Positions 27,344-37,807 of a DNA stretch of 64,000 bases are shown one piece after another. The position numbers and the translations under genes were made by a program. The DNA is from Porphyrobacter sp. Lineage in GTDB: Bacteria > Pseudomonadota > Alphaproteobacteria > Sphingomonadales > Sphingomonadaceae. Location: positions 30,175 to 94,174 of the forward strand of contig JAPZUC010000005.1 of NCBI GenBank assembly GCA_027533455.1. The letters are read 5' to 3'. How positions within the stretch are numbered: the stretch's first letter is position 1; every line of letters begins with the position of its first letter. Under the pieces are notes generated by a model. It was not told the DNA's origin. It did not search any database and saw nothing but the letters and a program-made list of their open reading frames with translations.

Positions 27344-28375
27344 TCAAGCCGTTTCGCGCAGCACCAGTTCCGGCGGCAGCACGAAGCTTTCGGTCGTTTC
27401 GCCCGCCAGCCTGCGCAGCAGCAGGTCGACGAGTCCGCGTGCACCTGCCGCGATGTCCTGCCGCACGGTGGTGAGCGCAGGCACGGTCTGGCGCGCGACC
27501 GGCAGGTCATCGAAACCGACCAACTTCACATCCTCCGGTACCGCCAGACCCTGGGCGCGCAGTTCGGTGAGGCACAGCGCGGCAAGCGTGTCGGTCGCGG
27601 CGAAGATGCCGTCGATGGCGTGGCCGTGGACCGCGAGGTGCTGGGCGATCTCGGCGCTGGCACGGTTGGGCGAAAGGTGGGTGGGGAGCGGCAAGATTGG
27701 CGACAGACCCATGCGCGCCGCCACATCCTGCGCGCCGGCGAAGCGCGCGGCGAATTCCATCGGGCCGGTATCGCCGAGGAAGGCAAGGCGGGTCGCACCG
27801 GCCGCGATCAGGCGTTCGGCCGCCATCCTTCCGCCGAGGCGGTTGTCGGTGCCCACGACGCAGTGGCGCTGGCCCTCGGTATGGTTGCCCCACACCACCA
27901 TCGCGCGGTAGCCATCGGCGACATCCTCGATCCGCTCGAACTGGTCGGACTGGCCGATCACGATCACCCCGTCGATCATGCCCGATCCGATGAAGCGGTC
28001 GAGCCAGTCGGGGTCGGTTTCGGGAACCACTCGGCGCAGCATCAGGTCATAGCCGTGGGTGGTCAGCTCGTCGGCGAGATAGCCGAGCAGGGTCATGAAG
28101 AAGCTGTCGGAAATCTGCTGGCGGGTGTCGTGGCCGAGCGGGATCACGACCCCGATCACCCCGGTCTTCTGGCGGCGCAACCCGCTCGCCATCTGGTTGG
28201 GGCGGAAGCCGTGTTCGCGGGCGAGCGCCTCGATCTTTTCGCGGGTCTGGGTGTTGACGAGGCTCTTGCCCGCCAGCGCGCGAGACACCGTGCCAGGAGA
28301 GACCCCCGCCAGCCGCGCCAGATCGGTGATGGTGCGCACCGTGGTGCGCGTAGTCCTGCCTTCGCTGTCGGCCAT
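27344..28375 (-). CDS. LacI-family regulator of the sucrose locus
   Basis: TITDLARLAGVSPGTVSRAL; VGFDD and LTTVRQD. Confidence 0.9.
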   Translation of the reverse strand: MADSEGRTTRTTVRTITDLARLAGVSPGTVSRALAGKSLVNTQTREKIEALAREHGFRPNQMASGLRRQKTGVIGVVIPLGHDTRQQISDSFFMTLLGYLADELTTHGYDLMLRRVVPETDPDWLDRFIGSGMIDGVIVIGQSDQFERIEDVADGYRAMVVWGNHTEGQRHCVVGTDNRLGGRMAAERLIAAGATRLAFLGDTGPMEFAARFAGAQDVAARMGLSPILPLPTHLSPNRASAEIAQHLAVHGHAIDGIFAATDTLAALCLTELRAQGLAVPEDVKLVGFDDLPVARQTVPALTTVRQDIAAGARGLVDLLLRRLAGETTESFVLPPELVLRETA

Positions 28376-28384
28376 GTGTTCCCT

Positions 28385-29725
28385 CTAGCCGGCCGCAAGC
28401 CCCTGTTCACGGGGTTGGCGGTGTCCGGCGTCCACCTTCAGCGTAGCGAGCGCGCCTGCCAGCATCAAGACACCGCTGAGCAACAGCACATGGCGTGGAT
28501 CACCGCCCAGCAGCGGGCGATAGATCAGCGGTATGGTCAACGTCTGGATCAGCATGGGCACGACGATGAACAGGTTGAAGATGCCCATGTAGATGCCGTT
28601 GCGCTCCGGCGGGATGCAGTCGGCGAGCATGACGTAGGTGTTGCCCATCATCCCAGCCCAGCCGATGCCGATGCCGATCATCAGCACGAAGAGCGCGGCG
28701 GGGGTGGATGCGCCCGGGATCATCACCATCGCCGCGCCCGATGCGGCAAGGCACACCGCGTGGGTCGGCCGCGCGCCGAAACGCTTCACCACCGGGATCA
28801 GGACCAGCGCGCCAAGGAAGGCGATGAAATTGTAAAGCGCACCCGCCTGCTGCGCGGTCAGCGTCGCTTCGCGGAACAGCGCGCTGGCGGGATCGGAGGT
28901 GTTGTAGATCGAGCGGCCCACTGCGAAGGTCATGTACTGCCAGTACGCGAACATCGCATACCACTGGCACAGCATCGCGCCTGCCAGCTGGCGCATCGGG
29001 CGCGGCATCTGCGCGATCGCGTCGCGGATTTCGGCCAGCGTGGCGCGGACGGTGAGGGGCTTGCCCGCCAGTTCAGCCTGCTCCGCTTCGTCCAGCGGCA
29101 GTTCGCGCACCCGCAGCACCGACCACAGGATTGTCGAAAGCGAGAGGATCGCGCCGATCACGAAGGCCACCCGTACGATCACCGGAATGCCGTTGGCATC
29201 CAGCACATCGCGCGCCACGAAAACTGTCAGCAACGACGGCGCCAGATAGGACAGGGTTTGCGCAAGGCCGGTGAAGGCGCTCTGGGTCAGGAACCCGGTC
29301 GAACGCTGGTCGGGTGCGAGCCTGTCAGCCACGTAAGCGCGGTAGGGCTCCATCGTGATGTTGTTGCCGGCATCGAGAATCCACAGCAGCGATGCCGCCA
29401 TCAACAAGGTGCTGGAATAGGGCATGGCGAACAGGGCGAGGGTGCAGATCACCGCGCCGACGAGGAAATAAGGGGTGCGGCGGCCAAGGCGGGTGTTGGT
29501 CCGGTCGCTCATCGCCCCGACGATCGGCTGGATGATCAGCCCCGTCATCGGCCCCGCCAGCCACAGCAGCGGCATCGAGGCTTCATCTGCGCCGAGGAAG
29601 CCGTAGATCGGCCCCATATTGGCCTGCTGCAGCCCGAACGAGAACTGTAGGCCGAAGAAGCCGATGTTCATCTCGATGACTCTGAGCAGCGAAAGACGCG
29701 GCTTTCCCGCCATTTGTTGCCTCAT
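28385..29725 (-). CDS. MFS/GPH disaccharide:H+ symporter (SuxC/MalT-like)
   Basis: [40 protein letters not shown] and [10 protein letters not shown]. Confidence 0.85.
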   Translation of the reverse strand: MRQQMAGKPRLSLLRVIEMNIGFFGLQFSFGLQQANMGPIYGFLGADEASMPLLWLAGPMTGLIIQPIVGAMSDRTNTRLGRRTPYFLVGAVICTLALFAMPYSSTLLMAASLLWILDAGNNITMEPYRAYVADRLAPDQRSTGFLTQSAFTGLAQTLSYLAPSLLTVFVARDVLDANGIPVIVRVAFVIGAILSLSTILWSVLRVRELPLDEAEQAELAGKPLTVRATLAEIRDAIAQMPRPMRQLAGAMLCQWYAMFAYWQYMTFAVGRSIYNTSDPASALFREATLTAQQAGALYNFIAFLGALVLIPVVKRFGARPTHAVCLAASGAAMVMIPGASTPAALFVLMIGIGIGWAGMMGNTYVMLADCIPPERNGIYMGIFNLFIVVPMLIQTLTIPLIYRPLLGGDPRHVLLLSGVLMLAGALATLKVDAGHRQPREQGLAAG

Positions 29726-29791
29726 CCCATTCTCTCCACATGCACCTTATAAGCGATGCTGTGGCGAAGAGGTGACATGATTCCGATTCAT

Positions 29792-29831
29792 TTGCAAACG
29801 ATTGCAAGATTGCTGTTGCAATCGTTTGCAA
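29792..29831. promoter_or_regulatory. Twin LacI-type operators in inverted orientation
   Basis: TTGCAAACGATTGCAA (29792-29807) and its exact reverse complement TTGCAATCGTTTGCAA (29816-29831) in the divergent promoter. Confidence 0.75.
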
Positions 29832-29891
29832 GATGATTAGTCCTCGCATCGTCAGCGCCCAGAGAAGCGCGAACCCGAGAGGAGACCAACC

Positions 29892-32354
29892 ATGAAATTG
29901 CGTACCGCGCTTTGCGCCAGTGCCGCCCTGTCGGGCCTGCTTGCCGCCACTACTGCCTTCGCGCAGGACACCTCTGGCGAAACCGTCGAGGGCGAGGAAA
30001 TCATCGTCACCGCGGTCGCTCGCGGCCAGAACCGGATCGAAAGCTCGGTTTCGGTCAGCGCCATCGGTGCCGAAACCATCGCCAATCTTGCTGCGCCGTC
30101 CGCGGCTGACCTCGTCCGCCAGATCCCGGGCATCCGCTCGGAAGCTTCGGGCGGTGAAGGCAACGCCAACATCGCTGTGCGCGGTATCCCCGTGTCGACC
30201 GGCGGCGCGCGTTACATCCAGCTTCAGGAAGACGGCCTGCCGATCCTCGAATTCGGCGACATCATCTTCGGCAATGCCGACAACTTCCTGCGCGCCGACC
30301 GCTCGGTCGCCCGCGTCGAAGCAGTGCGCGGCGGTTCGGCCTCGACCTTCGCGTCGAACGCCCCGGGTGCGGTGATCAACTTCATCTCCAAGACCGGCGA
30401 GACCGAAGGCGGCGCGATCCAGGCCAGCGTCGGCCTCGACTTCGAAAGCTATCGCCTCGATTTCGATTACGGCGGTCCGCTTGCGGACGATCTCTACTTC
30501 CACGTCGGCGGCTTCTACCGCACCGGCGAAGGCCCGCGCAACATTGGCTACAACGGCTATGATGGCGGCCAGATCAAGGCCAACATCACCAAGGAATTCG
30601 ACGGCGGCTATATCCGCTTCAGCGCGAAGTATCTCGACGATACCACCCCGACCATCCTGCCGCAGCCGGTGCGCGTCACGGGCAGCAACGCCAGCCCGAA
30701 CTATCAGGCGATCCCCGGCTTCGATCCGCGGACGGATTCGCTCTACAGCCCCTTCCTCACCCCGGCGCGTTCGCTGGACGGCAACAACAACCCGGCCAGC
30801 TACGATTTCCGTGACGGCCTGTCGGTCCAGAGCAAGACCTTCGGGATCGAGAGCGAGATCGACGTGGGCGGCGGCTGGACGCTGACCAACCGCTTCCGCT
30901 TCTCGGACAATTCGGGCAGCTTCCAATCGCCCTTCCCGGCGGGTGTGGACAGCGCGCAGGCAGTGGCCAACTCCATCGGCGGCGCAGGTTCCAGCATCGT
31001 CTTCGCCTCCGGCCCCAACGCGGGGCAAACCGCCAATGCGGCCAATATAGGCGGCAACGGCCTGCTGACCAACGTGGTGGTGTTTAACACCCGCCTCAAC
31101 AGCCTCGACAACGTCACCAATGATTTCCGCGTCAACAAGTCGTTCGACATCGGCGGCGGCACGGCCAACTTCACCAGCGGCTTCTACCTGTCACGCCAGA
31201 CGGTCGATACCGACTGGCTGTGGACCAGCCATGTGCAGACCGTGCAGGGTGACGGGCAGGCGGTGCTGGTGGACATCCGCAATGCGGGCGGCCAGATCGT
31301 CACCGCGAACGGCACCGTGGGTTACGGCGCGACCTTCTTCGGCAATTGCTGCCGCCGGTCGTATGATGTCGATTACTCGACCTATGCGCCCTTCGCCTCG
31401 CTTTCGGTCGAACTTGATCGCCTGACCATCGATGCTTCGATGCGTTACGACTTCGGCGATGCCAGCGGCACGATCACCGGCGCCGACGCCGGCTTCGGCG
31501 TTGGCCTCGGCAGCTTCGATTTCGACGGCAATGGCACGATCAACCCGGCCGAGGGCCAGACCTCGATCCTGCCGCTTGGTAGCGCCCGTCCGGTCAACTA
31601 CAGCTTCGATTACTTCAGCTTCTCGCTGGGTGCGAACTACCTGCTGACCGACGATCTGGGCATCTTCGCTCGCTACAGCCAGGGCGGCCGTCACACTGCT
31701 GACCGCTCGCTGTTCTCTCCCGCTGTCAGCACCACCGACGGCAGCCTGCCGGGCGGCGATGCCGGTGTGGTTGCCAGCGTCGACCAGCTGGAAGTCGGCG
31801 TGAAGTATCAGGGCAACGGCCTCTCGCTGTTCGCCACGGGCTTCTTCGCCAAGACCGCCGAAACCAACGTCGAACTCGCTCCGCTGGAACTGTTCGACAG
31901 CACCTACGAGGCCTACGGTCTGGAACTTGAAGGTTCCTACCGCACCGGCCCGTTCATGCTCTCGGCTGGCGCGACCTGGACCGATGCGGAGATCAAGGAT
32001 GCGCTCGACGCTTCCGTGATCGGCAACACCCCGCGCCGCCAGGCCGACCTCGTCTATCAAGCGACCGCCCAGTACGAAGCCGACATGTTCACCGTGGGCG
32101 CCAACGTGGTCGGCACCACGGAAAGCTTCACGCAGGACAGCAACCAGCTGACGCTGCCCGCCTACGCTCAGGTCAACGCCTTCCTGGCGGTGCGCCCGAT
32201 CGAGCGGATCGAACTGGGGCTCAACGCCACCAACCTCTTCAACGCCACCGGTTTCACCGAGGCCGAAGAAGGTTCGATCCCGGGCAACGGCTTCGTGCGC
32301 GCGCGCTCGATTGCCGGACGTACGGTACTGGCTTCGGTGCGGTTCGACTTCTGA
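29892..32354 (+). CDS. TonB-dependent receptor, probable sucrose/fructoside uptake
   Basis: Signal peptide, EEIIVTA TonB box, VEAVRGGSAS and terminal RFDF. Confidence 0.9.
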   Translation: MKLRTALCASAALSGLLAATTAFAQDTSGETVEGEEIIVTAVARGQNRIESSVSVSAIGAETIANLAAPSAADLVRQIPGIRSEASGGEGNANIAVRGIPVSTGGARYIQLQEDGLPILEFGDIIFGNADNFLRADRSVARVEAVRGGSASTFASNAPGAVINFISKTGETEGGAIQASVGLDFESYRLDFDYGGPLADDLYFHVGGFYRTGEGPRNIGYNGYDGGQIKANITKEFDGGYIRFSAKYLDDTTPTILPQPVRVTGSNASPNYQAIPGFDPRTDSLYSPFLTPARSLDGNNNPASYDFRDGLSVQSKTFGIESEIDVGGGWTLTNRFRFSDNSGSFQSPFPAGVDSAQAVANSIGGAGSSIVFASGPNAGQTANAANIGGNGLLTNVVVFNTRLNSLDNVTNDFRVNKSFDIGGGTANFTSGFYLSRQTVDTDWLWTSHVQTVQGDGQAVLVDIRNAGGQIVTANGTVGYGATFFGNCCRRSYDVDYSTYAPFASLSVELDRLTIDASMRYDFGDASGTITGADAGFGVGLGSFDFDGNGTINPAEGQTSILPLGSARPVNYSFDYFSFSLGANYLLTDDLGIFARYSQGGRHTADRSLFSPAVSTTDGSLPGGDAGVVASVDQLEVGVKYQGNGLSLFATGFFAKTAETNVELAPLELFDSTYEAYGLELEGSYRTGPFMLSAGATWTDAEIKDALDASVIGNTPRRQADLVYQATAQYEADMFTVGANVVGTTESFTQDSNQLTLPAYAQVNAFLAVRPIERIELGLNATNLFNATGFTEAEEGSIPGNGFVRARSIAGRTVLASVRFDF

Positions 32355-32375
32355 CGAACCGGTTCTGAGGCAAAG

Positions 32376-32411
32376 GGGCTGGCCGCCATTCTCCCCCCCG
32401 GCGGCCAGCCC
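32376..32411 (+). other. 12-bp GC-rich stem-loop between TBDR and GH68 (no U-tract)
   Basis: GGGCTGGCCGCC ... GGCGGCCAGCCC; probably an mRNA-stabilising or attenuating hairpin. Confidence 0.55.
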
Positions 32412-32438
32412 TATACCTTGTTGATGTGACGTGACGGG

Positions 32439-33557
32439 ATGAAGCGCGCGATGACCACCGCGATGATGGGCGTCTGGACAGCCGAACAGGTCCGCGGGAT
32501 CGCAGGCCCGCCCGGTCCGGCGACGCTGATCCCGGCGGTTGCAACGGCGGATCGATCCGCGCTCGATCCCGCCCGGCTGTATTGGGATATGTGGCCGGTG
32601 CAGGACGCGGCCGGGCACCGCGTGACCATCGCCGGAAGGCAGATGTGGATGGCGCTGACCGCGCCTGATCGCGGCGATCCGGCGCTCCGCCATTTCGAGG
32701 CAAAGATCCACTGGCTCGAACGCAAAGACGAGTGCTGGTACGACCTCGGCCCTGTGCTGCCTTCAGGCAGAACCGTACCTTACGAACGCGAATGGGCCGG
32801 CTCCGCATTGCTCGATGATGGCGTGGTGACGCTGTTCTTCACCGCTGCGGGAACCTCGGCGCGGGCAGGGGGCTACCAGCAGGAATTGTGGGCCGCCCAT
32901 GCCGCCGTCGGCGCGGATGGCTGGCCGGGCGAATGGTCCGATCCCGCGCCGCTCGTGACCGGATACGGCCCGCACTACATGCCGGCCGATGCGCACGAGG
33001 GCGAGGCCGGCAAGATCAAGGCCTTCCGCGATCCGGCCTATTTTCGCGATCCGGCGGACGGCGCCGAATATATCGCTTTCACCGCCTCGCTGGCGGGATC
33101 GGGCAGCGCGTTCAACGGTGCGCTCGGAATGGCGCGTCGCACCCCTTCAGGGTGGGTCTTGACCCCCCCTTGCCTCCACGCAGAGGGCGTCAACAACGAG
33201 CTTGAGCGCGCCCATCTGGTGTTCCACGGGAAACATTACTACGCGTTCTGGTCGACGCAGACCGTGACCTTTGCTGAAGGGCTGCGGCATGCACCGGGGG
33301 GATTGTACGGCATGGTGGCAGACAGCATGGCAGGCCCGTGGCGGCCGCTGAATGGCACCGGACTGGTGCTCGCCAATCCGGCAGACCGGCCCCAGCAGAC
33401 CTATAGCTGGTATGTCGACGCCAGCCTCACTGTATGCAGCTTCGTTGATGTTCTGCCTGATGGCAGCTTTGGCGGCCTGCCCGCCCCGCTGATGCAGCTG
33501 GAGCTTGAAGGCGAGAAGGCGGCGCTGCGCCCGCTGGCTTCGCAGAGCGCCGCGTGA
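32439..33557 (+). CDS. GH68 levansucrase/invertase-family glycoside hydrolase, no signal peptide
   Basis: Catalytic triad motifs YWDMWP, EWAGS, FRDP and NELER, plus YSW. Confidence 0.85.
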   Translation: MKRAMTTAMMGVWTAEQVRGIAGPPGPATLIPAVATADRSALDPARLYWDMWPVQDAAGHRVTIAGRQMWMALTAPDRGDPALRHFEAKIHWLERKDECWYDLGPVLPSGRTVPYEREWAGSALLDDGVVTLFFTAAGTSARAGGYQQELWAAHAAVGADGWPGEWSDPAPLVTGYGPHYMPADAHEGEAGKIKAFRDPAYFRDPADGAEYIAFTASLAGSGSAFNGALGMARRTPSGWVLTPPCLHAEGVNNELERAHLVFHGKHYYAFWSTQTVTFAEGLRHAPGGLYGMVADSMAGPWRPLNGTGLVLANPADRPQQTYSWYVDASLTVCSFVDVLPDGSFGGLPAPLMQLELEGEKAALRPLASQSAA

Positions 33558-34429
33558 TGCCCCGAGAGACGCTGGGCGCGATCGAGGCGGGCGGCACCAA
33601 GTTCGTCCTTGCCGTAGGGCCTTCGCCGGATCGCATCCTTGCCCGCCATACCATTCCAACCCGCGACCCTGCCGAAACGCTGGCCGAGGCGGCGGCGTGG
33701 TTCGCGGCGCAGGGCGGGGTAAGCGCGCTCGGCATCGCCAGCTTCGGCCCGGTCGAGCTTGATCGCACCGCACCCAAATGGGGCTTCATCACCAACACGC
33801 CCAAGCCGGGCTGGGCGGATTGCGATCTGGTGGGTTACTTTACCCGGGCGCTGGGCGTGCCGGTCGGCTTCGATACCGACGTCAACGCCGCCGCGCTGGC
33901 CGAGCATGCCGCTACGGGCGGAACGGGCGGGGGCCTGGCCTATCTCACCATCGGTACCGGGATCGGCGGCGGCTTGGTGATCAATGGCCAACCTGTCCAC
34001 GGCATCGCCCACCCCGAAATCGGGCACATCTACCCTCGCCGCCATCCGCTCGATACCGAATTCGCCGGGATCTGCACCGCGCATGGCGATTGCCTCGAAG
34101 GGCTCGCCTGCGGACCGGCGATCATTGCGCGGTGGGGTAAGTCGCTCTCCGAACTGCCGGCCGATCATCCCGGTCATGCCATCATCGCCGATTACATCGC
34201 GCAAGCCTGCCACACGCTGTTCGCCAGCGTGGCGGTGGAGGAGGTGGTGATCGGCGGCGGCGTGGCGCAAACACCGGACCTTGTCGATCGGGTCGCGGCC
34301 CGCGCGCGCGAACTCGACAACGGCTATCTCCCGGGCGGCGCGCGCCACGCGATCATCGCCCCACGCCTCGGCACCGACAGCGGGATCACCGGCGCGATGA
34401 TGCTGGCCAAGGCCGCCGCCGAGACTTGA
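33554..34429 (+). CDS. ROK-family fructokinase
   Basis: IEAGGTKF, GIASFGP, TPKPGW, DTDVNAAA, GTGIGGG, EIGH and HGDCLEGLACG. Confidence 0.85.
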   Translation: MMPRETLGAIEAGGTKFVLAVGPSPDRILARHTIPTRDPAETLAEAAAWFAAQGGVSALGIASFGPVELDRTAPKWGFITNTPKPGWADCDLVGYFTRALGVPVGFDTDVNAAALAEHAATGGTGGGLAYLTIGTGIGGGLVINGQPVHGIAHPEIGHIYPRRHPLDTEFAGICTAHGDCLEGLACGPAIIARWGKSLSELPADHPGHAIIADYIAQACHTLFASVAVEEVVIGGGVAQTPDLVDRVAARARELDNGYLPGGARHAIIAPRLGTDSGITGAMMLAKAAAET

Positions 34430-34471
34430 GAATTCTCCCGCCTCCCGTGATAAGTGCGGACAGAGAGGGAG

Positions 34472-35391
34472 ATGACGATGTTCCGAATGCTTGCCGCGCT
34501 CTTCGCGCTGATCGGGTTTGCCACGCCGCTGTCGGCGCAGGAACAGGGGCGCTTCGTCGAATACCAGAGTGTCTCGGCCGAGGGCCTGCCGGACCAGCGC
34601 CTCTCGATATGGCTGCCGCCCGGCTATGACGCGCCGGGCAGCCGCCGCTTTCCGGTGCTTTACATGCATGATGGGCACAACCTGTTCGACGTGAAGAACA
34701 GCAACTTCAACAAGATCTGGGCCGCCGATCAGGCGATGCTGGCCGTGGGTGCGAGCGGCAAGGTCGAGCCGCACATCATTGTCGGCATCTGGCACCGGGG
34801 CCGGACCGCTACCGCCAATACCTCCCCCGCAGCGCCTATGACGCGGCTCCACCCGCCGTGCGCGCCCAGATGGACGCCATGGCGAACGGCGGCGCGGTGG
34901 TCTCGGACCGCTACCTCGCCTGGATTACAGGCCCCCTGAAATCGTGGGTCGATGCAAGTTTCCGCACCCGACCGGGCCGCGACGATACCGCGATTGTCGG
35001 ATCCAGCATGGGCGGGCTAATGAGCTGCTATGCCTTCCTCGATCGCCCCGAGGTGTTCGGCAAAGCGGGCTGTGTGTCCTCGCACTGGCCCGCGGTCGAT
35101 CCGCGGGTGGTCGCTGGCGAGGACAGCGGGGTGAAGCAGATATGGGACGCGTGGTTTGCGGCCCGGCTCGGGAAGCCTGACGGGCGGCGGGTGTGGATGG
35201 ACCACGGCACGGCCACGCTCGACCAGTTCTACGCGCCCTACCAGCAGGTCGTCGATGCGCGTTTTGCGGCCGCAGGCTGGCAGAAGGGCCGCGACTGGGA
35301 GAGCAAGGTCTACGAAGGCGCCGAGCATGAGGAAAACGCCTGGGCGGCGCGGTTGCCCGAGATCTTCGTGTGGTTGCTGGCTAAGGACTAG
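34472..35391 (+). pseudogene. Secreted alpha/beta-hydrolase (IroE/Fes-like esterase) split by a 1-nt frameshift near 34792
   Basis: N half has signal, PPGY and VLYMHDGHNLF; C half has GSSMGG and HEENAW; one added base gives continuous W-x-PGPDRYRQYLP. Could be a sequencing error. Confidence 0.7.
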
Positions 35392-35999
35392 CGCAGCGCG
35401 AAGGCTTCTTTCGCCAGCGCCTCGATCACTGCCTTGTCAGGCGCGCCCTTGGGCGAAACCCAGCTGCCGCCGACGCACAGGACCGGGTCAAAGGCGAGCC
35501 ATTCGGGTGCGTTTTCCAGGCTGATCCCGCCCGTCGGGCAGAACCTGCACTGGCCAAACGGCGCGGCGAGGGCCTTCAACGCGGGCAGGCCCCCTGCCGC
35601 CATCGCCGGGAAGAACTTGAACCGGTCGAGGCCCAGATCGAGCCCGCGCATGATATCGCCCGCATTGGCGATACCGGGGAGGAAGGGCACGCCCGCCGCG
35701 ATCGCCGCCTTGCCCAGCGTGTCGGTGAGGCCGGGGGAGACGATGAACTCGCTCCCCGCCTCCAGTGCCGCATCAAGCTCGCGCGGGTTGGTGACAGTGC
35801 CCGCCCCGACAATCGCGCCCGGCACCTGCTTCATCGCCCGGATCGCGCCGAGCGCGGCAGGCGTGCGCAGCGTGACTTCGAGTACGCGCAATCCGCCCGC
35901 AACCAGCGCCTCGGCCAGCGGAACGGCGTGGGCTTCGTCTTCGATTACGATAACCGGAATGACCGGCGCCGTGCGCATGATGGCGTCGATGTTCATCAC
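35388..35999 (-). CDS. eda: KDPG aldolase
   Basis: LEVTLRT, GAGTV, FIVSPG, KFFPA and FCPTGG. Confidence 0.95.
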   Translation of the reverse strand: MMNIDAIMRTAPVIPVIVIEDEAHAVPLAEALVAGGLRVLEVTLRTPAALGAIRAMKQVPGAIVGAGTVTNPRELDAALEAGSEFIVSPGLTDTLGKAAIAAGVPFLPGIANAGDIMRGLDLGLDRFKFFPAMAAGGLPALKALAAPFGQCRFCPTGGISLENAPEWLAFDPVLCVGGSWVSPKGAPDKAVIEALAKEAFALR

Positions 36000-37807
36000 A
36001 TTCCTCCGGTGTCGAGCATCGCGGATGCGCCCTGTTCGGCCCCGTCGGCAAAGCGGCGCATCATGCCGAACAGCTCGCGGCCCGTGCCGCTATCGGGGTG
36101 GGGATCGGCGGCGATTTCGCGCGCCGGGAGATCGGCGCTGGTCGAAAGCCCGCCCGTCACCGCGCAGACGCGCACGATGTCGCCATCACGCAGGCGCGCC
36201 AGCGGCCCGCCGCCCAATGCTTCGGGTGTGCAGTGGATCGCGGCGGGGACCTTGCCGCTCGCGCCCGACATGCGGCCATCGGTGACCAGCGCGACCTTGA
36301 AGCCGCGGTCCTGCAACACGCCCAAGGGCGGGGTGAGCTTGTGGAGTTCGGGCATCCCGTTGGCGCGCGGGCCCTGGAAGCGGACGACGACCACCACGTC
36401 GCGGTCAAGCTCCCCGGCCTTGAAGGCGTTGGCGACCGAGACCTGATCCTCGAACACGCGGCACGGGGCTTCCACCGTCCAGCGGCTTTCGTCTACAGCC
36501 GAAGTCTTGAAGCAGGCGCGACCGAGATTGCCTTCGAGCAGCCGCATCCCGCCGTCGGGCTTGAAAGCCCTGGCGACCGGGCGGAGCATCGTGTCGTCGC
36601 CCGAGGGGCCGACCTCGCGCCACACCAGATCCTCGCCCTCGAAACCCGGCTCCTTCGCATATTCGGCAAAGCCCCCGCGCCCGACGGTGAGGATATCGGG
36701 GTGGGCCAGCCCTTCGGCCAGCAGTTCCCCGATCACGAAGCCCATGCCGCCCGCGTTGTGGAAGTGGTTCACGTCGCCCGCGCCGTTGGGATAGACCTGC
36801 GCGATCAGCGGCACGGCGCTGGAAAGGTCCGAAAGGTCGTTCCAGTCGAAGATCACCCCCGCCGCGCGCGCCATTGCAGGCAGGTGGATCGCGTGGTTGG
36901 TCGATCCGCCGGTCGCCAGCAGGCCCACGGCCGCGTTAACGATCGCCTTTTCGTCCACGACGAGGCCGAGCGGGCGGTAATCATCGCCCTTGCGGCCGAT
37001 CTGTGCGACGCGGTGCACCGCCTCGCGGTCGAGCGCCTGCCGCAGCTTGGTGCCCGGATTGATGAAGGCGCTGTTGGGGACGTGCAGCCCCATCATTTCC
37101 ATCATCATCTGGTTGGAATTGGCCGTGCCGAAGAAGGTGCAGGTGCCCTGCGAATGGTAGCTGCCCATCTCGCTGGCGAGCAGTTCGGCGCGGGTCGCCT
37201 TGCCTTCGGCATAGAGCTGGCGGACGCGCTGCTTTTCCTTGTTGGGGATGCCGCTCGGCATCGGCCCGCCGGGGACGAAGATCATCGGCAGGTGGCCGAA
37301 CCGCAGCGCGCCCATCAACAGCCCCGGCACGATCTTGTCGCAGATGCCCAGCATCAGCGCGCCGTCGAACATCGCGTGGCTGAGCGCAACCGCAGTTGAG
37401 AGGGCGATCACATCGCGGCTGAAGAGCGAGAGCTCCATCCCCGTCTCGCCCTGCGTCACCCCGTCGCACATCGCCGGAACGCCGCCCGCAACCTGCGCGG
37501 TGGCGCCGATCTCGCGGGCGTAGATCTTCAGACGCTCGGGGTAGCGGTAATAGGGCGCATGAGCCGAGAGCATGTCGTTGTAGGCGGTGACGATGCCGAT
37601 ATTCGCGCCCCGGCCTGCGACCAGTGCCGCCTTGTCCTCCTCCATCCCCGCATAGGCATGGGCGAGGTTCGAGCACGAGACGGCATTGCGCTCGCCCATG
37701 TTGTCGCCCTCGCGGCGGATCAGGTCGAGATAGGCGCTGCGGCTCGCGCGCGAGTTTTCGGTCACGCGCTGCGTCACCTTGTGGAGGGTGTCGTTGAGGC
37801 TACTCAT
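35996..37807 (-). CDS. edd: 6-phosphogluconate dehydratase
   Basis: [35 protein letters not shown] and [10 protein letters not shown]. Confidence 0.95.
   Translation of the reverse strand: MSSLNDTLHKVTQRVTENSRASRSAYLDLIRREGDNMGERNAVSCSNLAHAYAGMEEDKAALVAGRGANIGIVTAYNDMLSAHAPYYRYPERLKIYAREIGATAQVAGGVPAMCDGVTQGETGMELSLFSRDVIALSTAVALSHAMFDGALMLGICDKIVPGLLMGALRFGHLPMIFVPGGPMPSGIPNKEKQRVRQLYAEGKATRAELLASEMGSYHSQGTCTFFGTANSNQMMMEMMGLHVPNSAFINPGTKLRQALDREAVHRVAQIGRKGDDYRPLGLVVDEKAIVNAAVGLLATGGSTNHAIHLPAMARAAGVIFDWNDLSDLSSAVPLIAQVYPNGAGDVNHFHNAGGMGFVIGELLAEGLAHPDILTVGRGGFAEYAKEPGFEGEDLVWREVGPSGDDTMLRPVARAFKPDGGMRLLEGNLGRACFKTSAVDESRWTVEAPCRVFEDQVSVANAFKAGELDRDVVVVVRFQGPRANGMPELHKLTPPLGVLQDRGFKVALVTDGRMSGASGKVPAAIHCTPEALGGGPLARLRDGDIVRVCAVTGGLSTSADLPAREIAADPHPDSGTGRELFGMMRRFADGAEQGASAMLDTGGM

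Noticed and set aside
27620-31028. Long ORFs 27620-29650 (+) and 29583-31028 (-)
   Set aside because: Antisense to LacI/MFS and the TBDR, which have clear family motifs
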